Shown in pieces: positions 27,541 through 36,801 of a DNA stretch of 64,000 nt. Under the pieces are notes generated by a model. It made no database searches, was not told the origin of the DNA, and saw nothing but the letters and a program-made list of their open reading frames with translations. The stretch is from assembly GCA_944363505.1 (NCBI GenBank), contig CALVUD010000007.1, positions 26,122 through 90,121 of the forward strand. Reading direction: 5' to 3'. The stretch's first letter is position 1; each line of letters starts with the position of its first letter. The position numbers and the translations under genes are program-made. Source of the DNA: an uncultured Clostridia bacterium. Lineage in GTDB: Bacteria > Bacillota > Clostridia > Christensenellales > DTU072.

Positions 27541-28491
27541 CTATTGCTTAAAGTCCGACGCCGCCGTCAGCATGTCCGCCGCGGAATAAATGTCCGCGGC
27601 GTTATGAGCCGAAAACGCTTTCAGTTTCACCGCCTTGCCTCCCCTTACGCCTTTGGCATACGCCGCGACGTGCTTTTTCATCATATCGACGGCGACGCGC
27701 TCGGGGTAGATCGTCAAGAGCATTCCGAGATGTTCCTTTATCAAAGCCCCCGGATCGACCTCGACACCGACGCCGTTAAGCTCCGAAAAAATATATGGTC
27801 TCCCGATCGCGGCGCGCGCTATCGCGGCGCCGTCGGCGCCCGTTATCTCCAACGCGCGTTCCAGCGACGCTTTGTCCGTGATGTCGCCGTTTGCGAATAC
27901 GGGTATCGAAACCGCAAGTTTGGTTTCCCTTATTCCGTTCAAATCGACTTCGCCCGAATAATATTGCTCCCTCGTTCTGCCGTGCACGGTTATTGCGACG
28001 GCGCCGGCTTCTTCCGCGGCGGCAGCGGCGGCCGGAGAAACCGGTTCCCCCGCTTTAAAGCCTAAACGCATCTTTACGGTTACGGGTCTGGGACTCGCTC
28101 CCTCGACCGCCGCCGCCACGACTTCCTTCAGTTTCGGTATGTCTTTAAGTAGCGCGCTGCCGTCGCCGTTCGATACTATCTTTGGCACGGGACAGCCGCA
28201 GTTTACGTCGACGATATCGAATTTCGCTATCGCCTCGTGCCGCGCGGCTTTGAACATGAATTCGGGTTCGGAGCCGAAAAGCTGTACTCCTTTCACGGGT
28301 TCGGAGTCGGTAACGGCGAGAAGCGCTTCCGTATGTTCGGAGCCGTAGACCAGTCCTTTTGCGGAAATCATTTCGGTAAACGCGAGCGCAGCGCCGTAGC
28401 GGTAGGCGAGCGCGCGCTGTCCGATGTCGGTATATCCCGCTATCGCGGGCATTATCAGGTTGCCGTTTATGTTTAAAGAGCCTAATTTCAT
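27541..28491 (-). CDS. dusB: tRNA-dihydrouridine synthase
   Basis: The start is taken at ATG 28491 (MKLGSLNINGN...), which overlaps the mazG stop as ATGA. The ORF-track start at 28566 lies inside mazG. Catalytic block VDVNCGCPVPKI. Confidence 0.85.
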   Translation of the reverse strand: MKLGSLNINGNLIMPAIAGYTDIGQRALAYRYGAALAFTEMISAKGLVYGSEHTEALLAVTDSEPVKGVQLFGSEPEFMFKAARHEAIAKFDIVDVNCGCPVPKIVSNGDGSALLKDIPKLKEVVAAAVEGASPRPVTVKMRLGFKAGEPVSPAAAAAAEEAGAVAITVHGRTREQYYSGEVDLNGIRETKLAVSIPVFANGDITDKASLERALEITGADGAAIARAAIGRPYIFSELNGVGVEVDPGALIKEHLGMLLTIYPERVAVDMMKKHVAAYAKGVRGGKAVKLKAFSAHNAADIYSAADMLTAASDFKQ

Positions 28492-29501
28492 TCCGTCAGC
28501 TTTTTGGATTCCTGATAAAATTCTTCCATTTTGTCGATATTCGCGGCACTGAGTTCGATCCCGCATTCATTACAGCGCTTTTCGACGTAAGCGAATCTTC
28601 TGATAAAGCGCGCCGTCGTGCCGTTCAACGCAACTTCGGGATCTATACCCACCATTCTGAGCGCGTTCACGGCGGCGAAAAGCACGTCGCCGCCCTCTTT
28701 TTCGCGTTCGGCGCCCGACGCGTTTTCAAACTCGGCGACCTCTTCCTTTATCTTGTCGAGCGCACCCGAAACGTCGGAAAAATCGAAGCCCGTTTTCTTG
28801 ATTATCTTCTGAACCTTGTACGCGCGCATCAGCGCTCCGAAAGTAACGGGTACCGACTTTATCTTGTCGTCGAGCGAGGTATAGCCTTTCTCGACGGCTT
28901 TGGCGGCTTCCCAGTTTTTCAGCGCTTCTTCGGGGTCGTTCGCTTTCCGGTCCCCGAAAATATGGGTGTGTCTGAACACCAGTTTCGTGCAAAGAGCGTT
29001 GACGACGTCGTCAAATGAAAACGCGCCCCTGTCCTCGGCTATAGCGGCGTGGAAAAGCCCCTGTAACATTACGTCGCCGCTTTCTTCCAGCATTTTTTCG
29101 TCGCTTGCCATATCCACGGCTTCGGCAAGCTCGTAGGCTTCTTCGACGGCGTTGGAACGGATGCTTTCGTGAGTCTGCGCCCTGTCCCACGGACAGCCGT
29201 CTGGGTCGCGCAGCCTGCGTATTATCTCGACGAGGTCGCCGTAGGTGTATTTATGCCTTTCTACGAACGGAGCGCCGGGTATCGTAATTTTCGAAACCGA
29301 AGGCGGAATAGCGCTTAGCTTCACCGTCGTTCCGTCGGCTTTCGCCTCGCGGTCGCCGCCGAACACGGCAACAGCTTTTTCCCTGACCGCTTTAAAATTG
29401 TCGGCGCGGATCTCGTCTATTACCGTGTCCGCGTTCATTTCGAAAGAATTGATCTCGCGTTTTATAAAATCTTCCGCGATAAAATATGTATACGATTTCA
29501 T
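28488..29501 (-). CDS. mazG: MazG-family nucleoside triphosphate pyrophosphohydrolase (tandem MazG domains, no tetrapyrrole-methylase domain)
   Basis: 337 aa. LRDPDGCPWDRAQTHESIR and EEAYELAEAV motifs. Occupies the position of yabN in the spoVT-yabM-yabN arrangement. Confidence 0.85.
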   Translation of the reverse strand: MKSYTYFIAEDFIKREINSFEMNADTVIDEIRADNFKAVREKAVAVFGGDREAKADGTTVKLSAIPPSVSKITIPGAPFVERHKYTYGDLVEIIRRLRDPDGCPWDRAQTHESIRSNAVEEAYELAEAVDMASDEKMLEESGDVMLQGLFHAAIAEDRGAFSFDDVVNALCTKLVFRHTHIFGDRKANDPEEALKNWEAAKAVEKGYTSLDDKIKSVPVTFGALMRAYKVQKIIKKTGFDFSDVSGALDKIKEEVAEFENASGAEREKEGGDVLFAAVNALRMVGIDPEVALNGTTARFIRRFAYVEKRCNECGIELSAANIDKMEEFYQESKKLTE

Positions 29502-29515
29502 ATCGCCTCCCGAGG

Positions 29516-31093
29516 CTATTCGCCTTTATCAGAATTGAATTTTGCGTTAAATCTGGCAAGTTTCGCGCCCATAGGCAGACTGACGAGTTCCCGATAAGTG
29601 AACACGGGCAGCGCCACGAGCGCCGCGAGATATATTATCCCCGAAACCGCCGCCAGTCCCAGCACCGCCCAGGCGCTCAGTCCGAAGACCGAAGCGAGCG
29701 CCGTCGGTACAAGTATTATAGCACCCAGCGCGCACGAAACGCCACTTTTTTGAAGCATTAAAGAGTTTTTGCCCGTAAGATTGAATACCGACGCCATGTT
29801 CAGCGCGGCTCCCAGAGCGTATGCCGCAAGATTTGCCCACATCACTCCTTGTATGCCTACCGCAAACAACAAGGCTATACCCGCCACTATCTTCAGCGCG
29901 CCCGCCGCCGCGAGATTCTTTATCGGCGCCGAGGTGTATCCCAATCCCTGCAACACGGATACGCTGATCTGCATCAAAGTCAGAAAAACCACGTTTACCG
30001 CGCCGATCCTTAGCAGTTCCGCGGCAAGCCTTATTTCGGAAGCGGAAAGCGAAGGATAAATAACGCCCAGAACTTCGGCGGGAGCCGCTAAAAACAGCGC
30101 GGCGAAAGGCACTCCCAGCGCAACCGCGGCTTTCAGCGAAGTGCTAAGTTTCAGTCTGATCGCCTCCATGTCGCGCGCCGCTCTGCTGCCCGCAAGGTGC
30201 GGAGCGACGGCAATGCCCACTCCCAGCGCCAAAGAAACGGGCAGGTTGACCAATGTGTTGACGGGCGCGGACAATAATCCGTATTCAGCGGTAGCAACTT
30301 CCGCAGGCATGTTAAGCGACAAAATGTTGATGACCGTAAACGAATCCAGAAACTGCGCCAGCGGAAAAATCATACCGCCTATGCCTATCGGCAACGATAT
30401 GGCGAGTATTTCTTTATACAGCCGTTTAGCCTCTTTCAGCGGCGGCAGTTTGAGTTCGATACGCTCCTTGATCATAAACCGCGCCGCAAGCACGCCGAAG
30501 GTCAATCCCTCTCCGATACTGACCCCGGCAAGCGCGCCCGCTACCGCATATTCTACGCCTTTAGGTAACAACAGCCAGGCAAGAAGCATCCCGAACAACA
30601 ATTTACCCAACGCTTCGGTGATCTGCGACAACGCGGTCGGGTTCATATTGTTTTTACCTTGGAAATACCCTTTCAGCACCGCTATGCCGCTGAAGAAAAA
30701 AATCGACGGGGCTATCGCGAGATACCCCGTTTCCGCCTCGGGCGTGCCCTGCAGCCGCGCCGCCACGCCGTTCAAAAGCATCAGCGCCGCCGTCAGTGCC
30801 GCTCCCGTAGTCAGCATCGCCGCGAGCGCTCCGAGAGTCAGGCGTACCCCTCTCGCGTTTTCACCCGCCGCCGAATACGACGCCACCAGCACGGATATCG
30901 CCATCGGTACGGCGCCGCCCGAAACGGACAGTATCAGCGCGTACACGGGGTATACCGACTGGTATACCCCCATTCCCTCCGCTCCCAGCATATTGGTCAG
31001 CGGTATGCGGTACAACGCGCCTAAAACCTTTGCTCCGAGGGTCGCAAGCATTATTATGCCCGCGCCGCCAAGGAGCGTGCGTTTCTTTTTCAT
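29516..31093 (-). CDS. MOP-superfamily polysaccharide/lipid II flippase-like membrane protein (YabM/SpoVB/MurJ type)
   Basis: The start is taken at ATG 31093 (MKKKRTLLGGAGIIMLATLGAKVLGALYRIPL...), which overlaps the spoVT stop (TGATG). The ORF-track start at 31288 lies inside spoVT. About 14 predicted TM segments. Confidence 0.8.
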   Translation of the reverse strand: MKKKRTLLGGAGIIMLATLGAKVLGALYRIPLTNMLGAEGMGVYQSVYPVYALILSVSGGAVPMAISVLVASYSAAGENARGVRLTLGALAAMLTTGAALTAALMLLNGVAARLQGTPEAETGYLAIAPSIFFFSGIAVLKGYFQGKNNMNPTALSQITEALGKLLFGMLLAWLLLPKGVEYAVAGALAGVSIGEGLTFGVLAARFMIKERIELKLPPLKEAKRLYKEILAISLPIGIGGMIFPLAQFLDSFTVINILSLNMPAEVATAEYGLLSAPVNTLVNLPVSLALGVGIAVAPHLAGSRAARDMEAIRLKLSTSLKAAVALGVPFAALFLAAPAEVLGVIYPSLSASEIRLAAELLRIGAVNVVFLTLMQISVSVLQGLGYTSAPIKNLAAAGALKIVAGIALLFAVGIQGVMWANLAAYALGAALNMASVFNLTGKNSLMLQKSGVSCALGAIILVPTALASVFGLSAWAVLGLAAVSGIIYLAALVALPVFTYRELVSLPMGAKLARFNAKFNSDKGE

Positions 31094-31617
31094 CAGATGC
31101 GCTTGGAAATGAAGTCCGCCGCGGTTTCGGCGGTCTTTTGCGCGAGCGATTCCGACAGCGGAGCGCCGAAAACCATTACGGAGCCCAGCACCGAACCGCC
31201 GTTGACTATCGGGGCGCATACGCCCGACAAGTTTTCGCGAGGCTGTTTGAATAGTTTTCCGAGTTCTTTTTCCCCGACGGTGAAGCACTTCCGTAAGTTC
31301 AGCAGTTCGTCCGCATTGGCGCCCATGGGGTCGCCGCTTCTTGCGGGCGGATTCTTGCCCGAAACCGCCAAAACGCGGTCGTTGTCGGTAATCAAAGCCG
31401 TCAGTCCCGTCGTGGTATAAATACTTCTGACGTAATCGGCTTTAAAATCCGCAAGCTCCTCTACCGCCGAATACTTCCTGAGTATCAGTTCGTTTTCGTC
31501 CGAGGTCAACACTTCGAGTTCTTCGCCTTCGCGTATTTTCAGCGTGCGCCTCAGCTCTTTAGGTATGACGACTCTTCCCAGTTCGTCCATTCTTCTGACA
31601 ATTCCCGTGGAACGCAT
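31093..31617 (-). CDS. spoVT: stage V sporulation protein T (AbrB-family regulator with a GAF-like C-domain)
   Basis: 174 aa. N-terminal SpoVT/AbrB swapped-hairpin motif GIVRRMDELGRVVIPKELRRTLKIREGEELEV. Confidence 0.88.
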   Translation of the reverse strand: MRSTGIVRRMDELGRVVIPKELRRTLKIREGEELEVLTSDENELILRKYSAVEELADFKADYVRSIYTTTGLTALITDNDRVLAVSGKNPPARSGDPMGANADELLNLRKCFTVGEKELGKLFKQPRENLSGVCAPIVNGGSVLGSVMVFGAPLSESLAQKTAETAADFISKRI

Positions 31618-31739
31618 AATCTCTCCTTCGGAAATAGCGTGTGCAAAGCGTCCGTTTCAATGCGCTCGGGCGAAAAAAGATTTTATCGTAAAGAAGCCGC
31701 TGTTATGGTATAATATGTATATACGCACGGGAGGCAAAC

Positions 31740-33341
31740 ATGCAGATCACATTTTTAGGCGCGGCGCGCGAAGTCACGGGTTCGTGTTACCTGATAAACG
31801 TAGGCAACAAAAACGTTATGATAGACTGCGGAATGGAGCAAGGTCCCGACCTTTATGAGAACCAGTCGCTGAATATTCCCGCATCGGGCGTCGACGCCAT
31901 ATTGCTGACGCACGCGCATATCGACCACTCGGGCAAACTGCCTCTGATGTACAAAAACGGATACCGCAACAAAATATATATGACGCGCGCTTCGCGCGAT
32001 CTGTGCAAAATAATGCTGATGGATTCCGCGCACATTCAGGAACAGGAAGCTCTGTGGCGAAACAAAAAAGCCAAACGCTCCTCCGCCACGCCGCCGTATA
32101 CCCCATTGTACGATTCCGCCGACGCCGAAAATACGCTGAAACTGATACGCGCGTTGGATTACGGACAGGTTTTCGACGTCGTGGACGGCGTCCGGGCGCG
32201 ATTTATAGACGCGGGACATCTTTTGGGTTCGGCGTATATAGAACTGACGCTCACTGAAAACGGCGAAACGCGCAAAGTCGTTTTTTCGGGCGACATAGGA
32301 AACGTAAACAAGCCGATAATCCGTAACCCGTCCGTCGTGACCGAAGCTGACTACGTCGTCATGGAATCCACCTACGGCGACCGCGTGCACGGCGACGACC
32401 CCGATTACGTCAACAAGTTGTCGGAAATAATAGAATCGACATTCCGTCGCGGCGGGAACGTCGTTATCCCCACGTTCGCTGTGGGCAGAATGCAGGAAAT
32501 GCTGTATTTCCTGCGTGAAATAAAAAACAGAAAACTCGTCCGCGACTTCCCGAATTTCGAAGTATACGTCGATTCTCCTCTCGCCATCGAAGCGACGGGT
32601 ATTTATTCCGAAAACGTCGCTTCTCTTTGCGACGAGGAAACCGAAAAGCTGATACAAAAAGGCATAAACCCCATATCTTTCCCGGGAATGGTACTCTCGG
32701 TCACGGCGGACGACTCCAAAAAGATAAACGCCGACAAAAGCCCGAAAGTAATTCTGAGCGCTTCGGGAATGTGCGAAGCGGGCAGAATACGCCATCATTT
32801 GAAACACAATCTGTGGCGTCCCGAATCCACCGTCGTTTTCGTGGGGTATCAGGTCGCGGGCACTCTGGGCAGAACGCTTCTCGACGGCGCGAAAGCCGTG
32901 AAACTTTTCGGCGAAACCATCGCCGTGCGCGCATCCGTCGTCGAGCTTCAGGGGACCAGCTCCCACGCCGACCGCGAAGCGCTTTTAAAATGGGCGCTTA
33001 ACTTCGACCCCAAGCCCACCCGTATATTCGTTACTCACGGCGAGGATTCGGTGGCGGCTTCGTTTGCCGATCTGTTATACCGCGAAGGCGGGCTTCGCGC
33101 CGTGGCACCCTATCCGGGCGGCATTTACGACCTCGTCACCGACGAATGCGTAAGCCGCGGCAATACCACTCCCAAAAAGCAGTCGAAACCCGTAAAACAG
33201 AAAAACGTATCTCAGGCATACCGTAGCGTGTTGGACGCAATGAACGAACTACAGATCGCGGTGGCTTCCTCCGAAGGACTTTCCAACCGCATACTGCGCG
33301 ACATAGCCGCGGACCTGAAACGCGTTCTGAAAAAGTTTTAA
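31740..33341 (+). CDS. MBL-fold beta-CASP family RNA-metabolising hydrolase
   Basis: 533 aa. HxHxDH motif (LTHAHIDHSG), beta-CASP blocks and C-terminal SSHADREALL. SD GGGAGG. Confidence 0.85.
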   Translation: MQITFLGAAREVTGSCYLINVGNKNVMIDCGMEQGPDLYENQSLNIPASGVDAILLTHAHIDHSGKLPLMYKNGYRNKIYMTRASRDLCKIMLMDSAHIQEQEALWRNKKAKRSSATPPYTPLYDSADAENTLKLIRALDYGQVFDVVDGVRARFIDAGHLLGSAYIELTLTENGETRKVVFSGDIGNVNKPIIRNPSVVTEADYVVMESTYGDRVHGDDPDYVNKLSEIIESTFRRGGNVVIPTFAVGRMQEMLYFLREIKNRKLVRDFPNFEVYVDSPLAIEATGIYSENVASLCDEETEKLIQKGINPISFPGMVLSVTADDSKKINADKSPKVILSASGMCEAGRIRHHLKHNLWRPESTVVFVGYQVAGTLGRTLLDGAKAVKLFGETIAVRASVVELQGTSSHADREALLKWALNFDPKPTRIFVTHGEDSVAASFADLLYREGGLRAVAPYPGGIYDLVTDECVSRGNTTPKKQSKPVKQKNVSQAYRSVLDAMNELQIAVASSEGLSNRILRDIAADLKRVLKKF

Positions 33342-33361
33342 ATCCGTTTCGGTCAAAACCG

Positions 33362-33392
33362 AAAAATAACTGCGGGATTCCCGCAGTTATTT
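33362..33392. terminator. bidirectional terminator between convergent genes
   Basis: AAAATAACTGCGGGA-TT-CCCGCAGTTATTTT. Confidence 0.8.
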
Positions 33393-33425
33393 TATCGATA
33401 TTATGATAAAATTCTGTGCTTCTTT

Positions 33426-33857
33426 TCAGGCGAGAATGACGTCCGAGGAAGTGGCTTCGACCTCGTCGCCGTCGTGCAAAACGACCTTGTCGCCGTGCTT
33501 GTAGGTTCTGACGTATCCCGCCACCCTAATTTTAAATTCGCCGACGGCGTCCAAAGATTTCAGTGCCGTATAAACTCCGGGCATCAGCTCTCCGCCCTTT
33601 TCCACGACGTACACCACGCCGCGCGCGAGAACGAAATCCTTTTGGGTCAGCCTTACGTTTTCCTTGCCGTCCGTAAACGCCGCTTCGTCGGTCGAATACC
33701 TGACCCCTTTCCTTATTTTTACGTCGTCGGGATATTCGCCCTTTTCGCGTTGAGCCTTTTTGAGTCTGTAATAGGCTATCGATACCATGATTATTCCCGC
33801 CGCCAGAATAGCCACGGCGACGGAAAACAACAAAATTATAAGTTGTGTTTTATCCAT
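33426..33857 (-). CDS. small single-pass membrane protein, unknown function
   Basis: The start is taken at ATG 33857 (MDKTQLIILLFSVAVAILAAGIIMVSIAYY...), preceded by SD AAGGAG. The ORF-track start at 33929 lies inside the upstream gene. 143 aa. Confidence 0.6.
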   Translation of the reverse strand: MDKTQLIILLFSVAVAILAAGIIMVSIAYYRLKKAQREKGEYPDDVKIRKGVRYSTDEAAFTDGKENVRLTQKDFVLARGVVYVVEKGGELMPGVYTALKSLDAVGEFKIRVAGYVRTYKHGDKVVLHDGDEVEATSSDVILA

Positions 33858-33868
33858 ATCGCGACTCC

Positions 33869-34897
33869 TTACAGCTTTTTGCCGCACTCGGGACAAAACT
33901 TTGCGCCCGAATCCACTTTCGCCCCGCACTCGGGACAGAACTTAGAGCCGATCTGCTTGCCGCACTCGGGACAGAATTTGGACTTTGCAGGCACGCTTTT
34001 ACCGCATTCGGGGCAGATTACCGCTCCCGCGTCGGCTGTCGTTTTTTTGGGTTCGTCGTTTGAAAAGCCTTTGGAAAATTGCGCTCCCATACCGAAGCCC
34101 ATAGCGGCGCCCATGGCGGTACCCATTGTCTGACCCATCGCGGAATTGTTCTTCGCCGCCTCGCGTATGGCGTCCGCCTCTGCGAGTTTTCTGTAGATCT
34201 CGGCGTTTTTGCCGAACATGCTGAGTCTGGCGTTCTCGTCGAACGCCTTTTCGAGTTCGGGCGGCAAAGAAACGCTCTCGAACACGAACGTGCTGAGTTC
34301 TATGCCGTTTTCCTCCATGTGCGGTTCCAGTTTCTTCCCTACCGCGGCGCTCAGTTCCAGTAAATTCGCCGCCATGTCAAGGACGGGCACGCCGCTCTCG
34401 CCTATCGCGTCGGACAAGCCCATGACCAACATACTGCGGATAAAGTCGGTGATGTCCGATGTCGCAAACGAAGACTTGACGCCCATAAGCACGGTCAGGA
34501 ACTTGTACGGGTCGCTCACGCGGAAGGCGTAGGTCCCGTAAGCCCTGAGTCTTATAGCGCCGTAATCGGCGTCGCGCACCATGACGGGGGTCGCCGTTCC
34601 CCATTTAAGTCCCGAAAAACGCGCCGTATTCACAAAATACAGATCGTCCTTATACGGGGTTTCGAAGGCGAATCGCCACGCCATCAGCCTTGTCAGGATC
34701 GGGATCGTCCTGGAGTCGAGACTGTACGTCCCGGGACCGAACACGTCGGCAAGTTTGCCGCGGTCGCAAAAGATCGCCGCCTGTCCTTCCCTTACGACCA
34801 GCCTGGAGCCGCGCTCTATCGCGTTTTCTCTGGTCGGATACTTGTAAACTATCGTGTCGGGCGCTCCCGACCATTCAATGATCTGTAATAAAGCCAT
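33869..34897 (-). CDS. SPFH/Band-7-like protein (COG4260, YdjI-like) with four C-terminal CPECG zinc-ribbon knuckles
   Basis: The start is taken at ATG 34897 (MALLQIIEWSG...), preceded by GGGAG. The body pattern VVREGQAAIF...YFVNTARFSGLKWGTATPV...AYGTYAFRVSDP fits the family. The tail reads CPECGKSVPAKSKFCPECGKQIGSKFCPECGAKVDSGAKFCPECG. Confidence 0.8.
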   Translation of the reverse strand: MALLQIIEWSGAPDTIVYKYPTRENAIERGSRLVVREGQAAIFCDRGKLADVFGPGTYSLDSRTIPILTRLMAWRFAFETPYKDDLYFVNTARFSGLKWGTATPVMVRDADYGAIRLRAYGTYAFRVSDPYKFLTVLMGVKSSFATSDITDFIRSMLVMGLSDAIGESGVPVLDMAANLLELSAAVGKKLEPHMEENGIELSTFVFESVSLPPELEKAFDENARLSMFGKNAEIYRKLAEADAIREAAKNNSAMGQTMGTAMGAAMGFGMGAQFSKGFSNDEPKKTTADAGAVICPECGKSVPAKSKFCPECGKQIGSKFCPECGAKVDSGAKFCPECGKKL

Positions 34898-34980
34898 ATC
34901 CACTCCCGCGGTTTCCCGCATATTTAGTAAAATCAGTTTAGCACAGCTTGAAACCCGTGTCAATCCGTGCGTTTTCGCCC

Positions 34981-35009
34981 TTGACAAAAAGTCGCTCAAT
35001 ATTTATACT
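34981..35009 (+). promoter_or_regulatory. near-consensus sigma-70 promoter with a very short or absent leader
   Basis: TTGACA (34981-34986), 17-nt spacer, TATACT (35004-35009). ATG is at 35019 and there is no SD. Confidence 0.6.
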
Positions 35010-35018
35010 GGAATCGGT

Positions 35019-35525
35019 ATGGAAAAGATAAAACACGATCTTAAAAAACAACTGATAACTGCGGTTATTTTGACCGTTTCGCTGCCTTTTGGCGGAGTGT
35101 TGCTGGGCGTGGGACTGGGCATCGGTCAGCCCGGCGTATGGGCTGTAGGCATAGCGTTCATGGTCGCGGGCTTTTACGGCTGTCCGATAGCGTGGGCTGC
35201 GGGATACGGCAATACCAAAGGATTGGTAAGGGTCGTCAACGCGGTGCGCGACGAACATCTGTATACCGTTCAGGAGATCTCGGCTCAGCTCGGCGTCAAC
35301 GAGCGACAGGTACGCATGAAACTCGACGCCTGTTTCAATAAACAGTACCTGACCGGCTTCAAGCGCGAAGGCGATATCATAAAAGCCAATTTCAACAAGG
35401 ATATTCTGAATCGGACGTTGAGCGCGGAATGCGTAAACTGCGGAGCGAAGTTTTCTTATAACGCCGCCGACCACGCCCCGCGTTGTCCCTATTGCGGTTC
35501 GCCCGTAAACACTAATAATTTATAA
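35019..35525 (+). CDS. membrane protein with a cytoplasmic winged-helix-like segment and a C-terminal zinc ribbon, unknown function
   Basis: The start is taken at ATG 35019 (MEKIKHDLKK...). The ORF-track start at 34854 overlaps the divergent SPFH gene. Two TM helices, YTVQEISAQLGVNERQVRMKLD, and CVNCGAKF...CPYCG. Confidence 0.6.
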   Translation: MEKIKHDLKKQLITAVILTVSLPFGGVLLGVGLGIGQPGVWAVGIAFMVAGFYGCPIAWAAGYGNTKGLVRVVNAVRDEHLYTVQEISAQLGVNERQVRMKLDACFNKQYLTGFKREGDIIKANFNKDILNRTLSAECVNCGAKFSYNAADHAPRCPYCGSPVNTNNL

Positions 35526-35590
35526 TTAATTATATAACTTACCTATATTATCTAATCAAAATTCATAATTAAAATGGTTAATTTTTAATC

Positions 35591-36457
35591 CTACTTATCT
35601 TTTAACCTTCTTAGTGGTAATTCAAATTGATTGATAATTGAATAATACGATTTACCTCCAGATAATAATCTATTAAAAGTTGAAAATTCATCAGTAAGTC
35701 CTAATTTATCAAATGTATCTCTAACCATACCCGCTTCTACAGGTCTAGTCCATCCATAAAATTTAACAATATATGATAGCTCTTTATTTCTTATTATTCC
35801 TTTTGCTTTACGTTTAAATTTGATTTTCATATTATCTAACTCGAATGAAACATTATGCATTTCTGACAATAAAGAACAAAACTCTTTCATATTCAAATCG
35901 GCATGTATAGATCTATCTTTTTTTTCCGTAATCTGCCTTAAGATATACGCTATAGTTTCTATTACTGGATCATCCTCCTTTTTAAACTTTTTGTATTGGT
36001 GCGCATATTTATGTGCAATATCACCCTTTGCCACAGATTTAACCAGTTCTTCAAATTGTTCTACTGATTGTATAGGAAAATAACCATATTCCGTAAGCTG
36101 TTTAAGCAATACCAACAAAGCAGTTCTTTTATTACCATCATGAAACGGATGATCTTTAGTCAAGCCAAAAAACAAGGTTGCACAAATATGTATTGGTTCA
36201 GTATATTTTAATTTTCCACCATTTGATACAAGTTGTCTAGAAATTGCAGAACAAAGTAAATCAGACGATCTAACACCTGCCAACATTTTTTCTGCTGTCG
36301 TCCCACCTGATTCATCTGTAAAATAATCAGCCAATATATAATGAGCTTTTAGAACATCTTCCACATTAATTAGTGGACTATAAATATCAGGAAGATTAGG
36401 TGTCTTTAATAAATCATATTCATATGCCTTTTTCAAATAATCCGGTAGGTATTTCAT
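35591..36457 (-). CDS. Fic/Doc (Fido) family protein with a Doc-type active-site motif
   Basis: 288 aa. HPFHDGNKRT is encoded at 36122-36151 (checked codon by codon). SD GAGGAAAA precedes the ATG. Composition is extremely AT-rich compared with the flanking genes. Confidence 0.85.
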   Translation of the reverse strand: MKYLPDYLKKAYEYDLLKTPNLPDIYSPLINVEDVLKAHYILADYFTDESGGTTAEKMLAGVRSSDLLCSAISRQLVSNGGKLKYTEPIHICATLFFGLTKDHPFHDGNKRTALLVLLKQLTEYGYFPIQSVEQFEELVKSVAKGDIAHKYAHQYKKFKKEDDPVIETIAYILRQITEKKDRSIHADLNMKEFCSLLSEMHNVSFELDNMKIKFKRKAKGIIRNKELSYIVKFYGWTRPVEAGMVRDTFDKLGLTDEFSTFNRLLSGGKSYYSIINQFELPLRRLKDK

Positions 36458-36763
36458 GTTTTCCTCATTTTTTATAATATAATATTATATTATACTATTG
36501 TATTAAAAAAATAAATAGTTTTTTAGATTTTTTCTTACTAAAAATAAGCATATCAAAATTAATATTCTTTAATAAATTAATAAAAATTATAAAATATTGC
36601 TTGTTTCTTTATAACTATATAGAACGTTTATAAATATTTGTAGTATTTCTAATTATTATCTTCCTTTTTTAAATATCTTAAAGAGTAATATGATTTCAGG
36701 TGTAATTATAATTTTATATATCTGCTTCTCTATTCGTATAATATTGATATCTTTTGATATATT

Positions 36764-36791
36764 AAAAAGCCCGCCTTTCGGCGGGCTTTTT
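36764..36791 (-). terminator. terminator of the M28 peptidase gene
   Basis: AAAAAGCCCGCC-TTTC-GGCGGGCTTTTT. Confidence 0.85.
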
Positions 36792-36801
36792 AATCGTTCG
36801 G

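Noticed and set aside
29516-31288. N-terminal extensions given by the ORF track: 31288 for the flippase, 28566 for dus, 34999 for SPFH, 33929 for the small membrane protein, 34854 for the 168-aa gene, 53539 for GNAT, 7420 for the methyltransferase and 42177 for Na/Pi.
   Set aside because: The extensions overlap upstream genes, divergent genes, promoters or terminator hairpins, and encode Arg-rich junk. Internal ATGs coincide with SD sites, start-stop coupling or family-typical N-termini.
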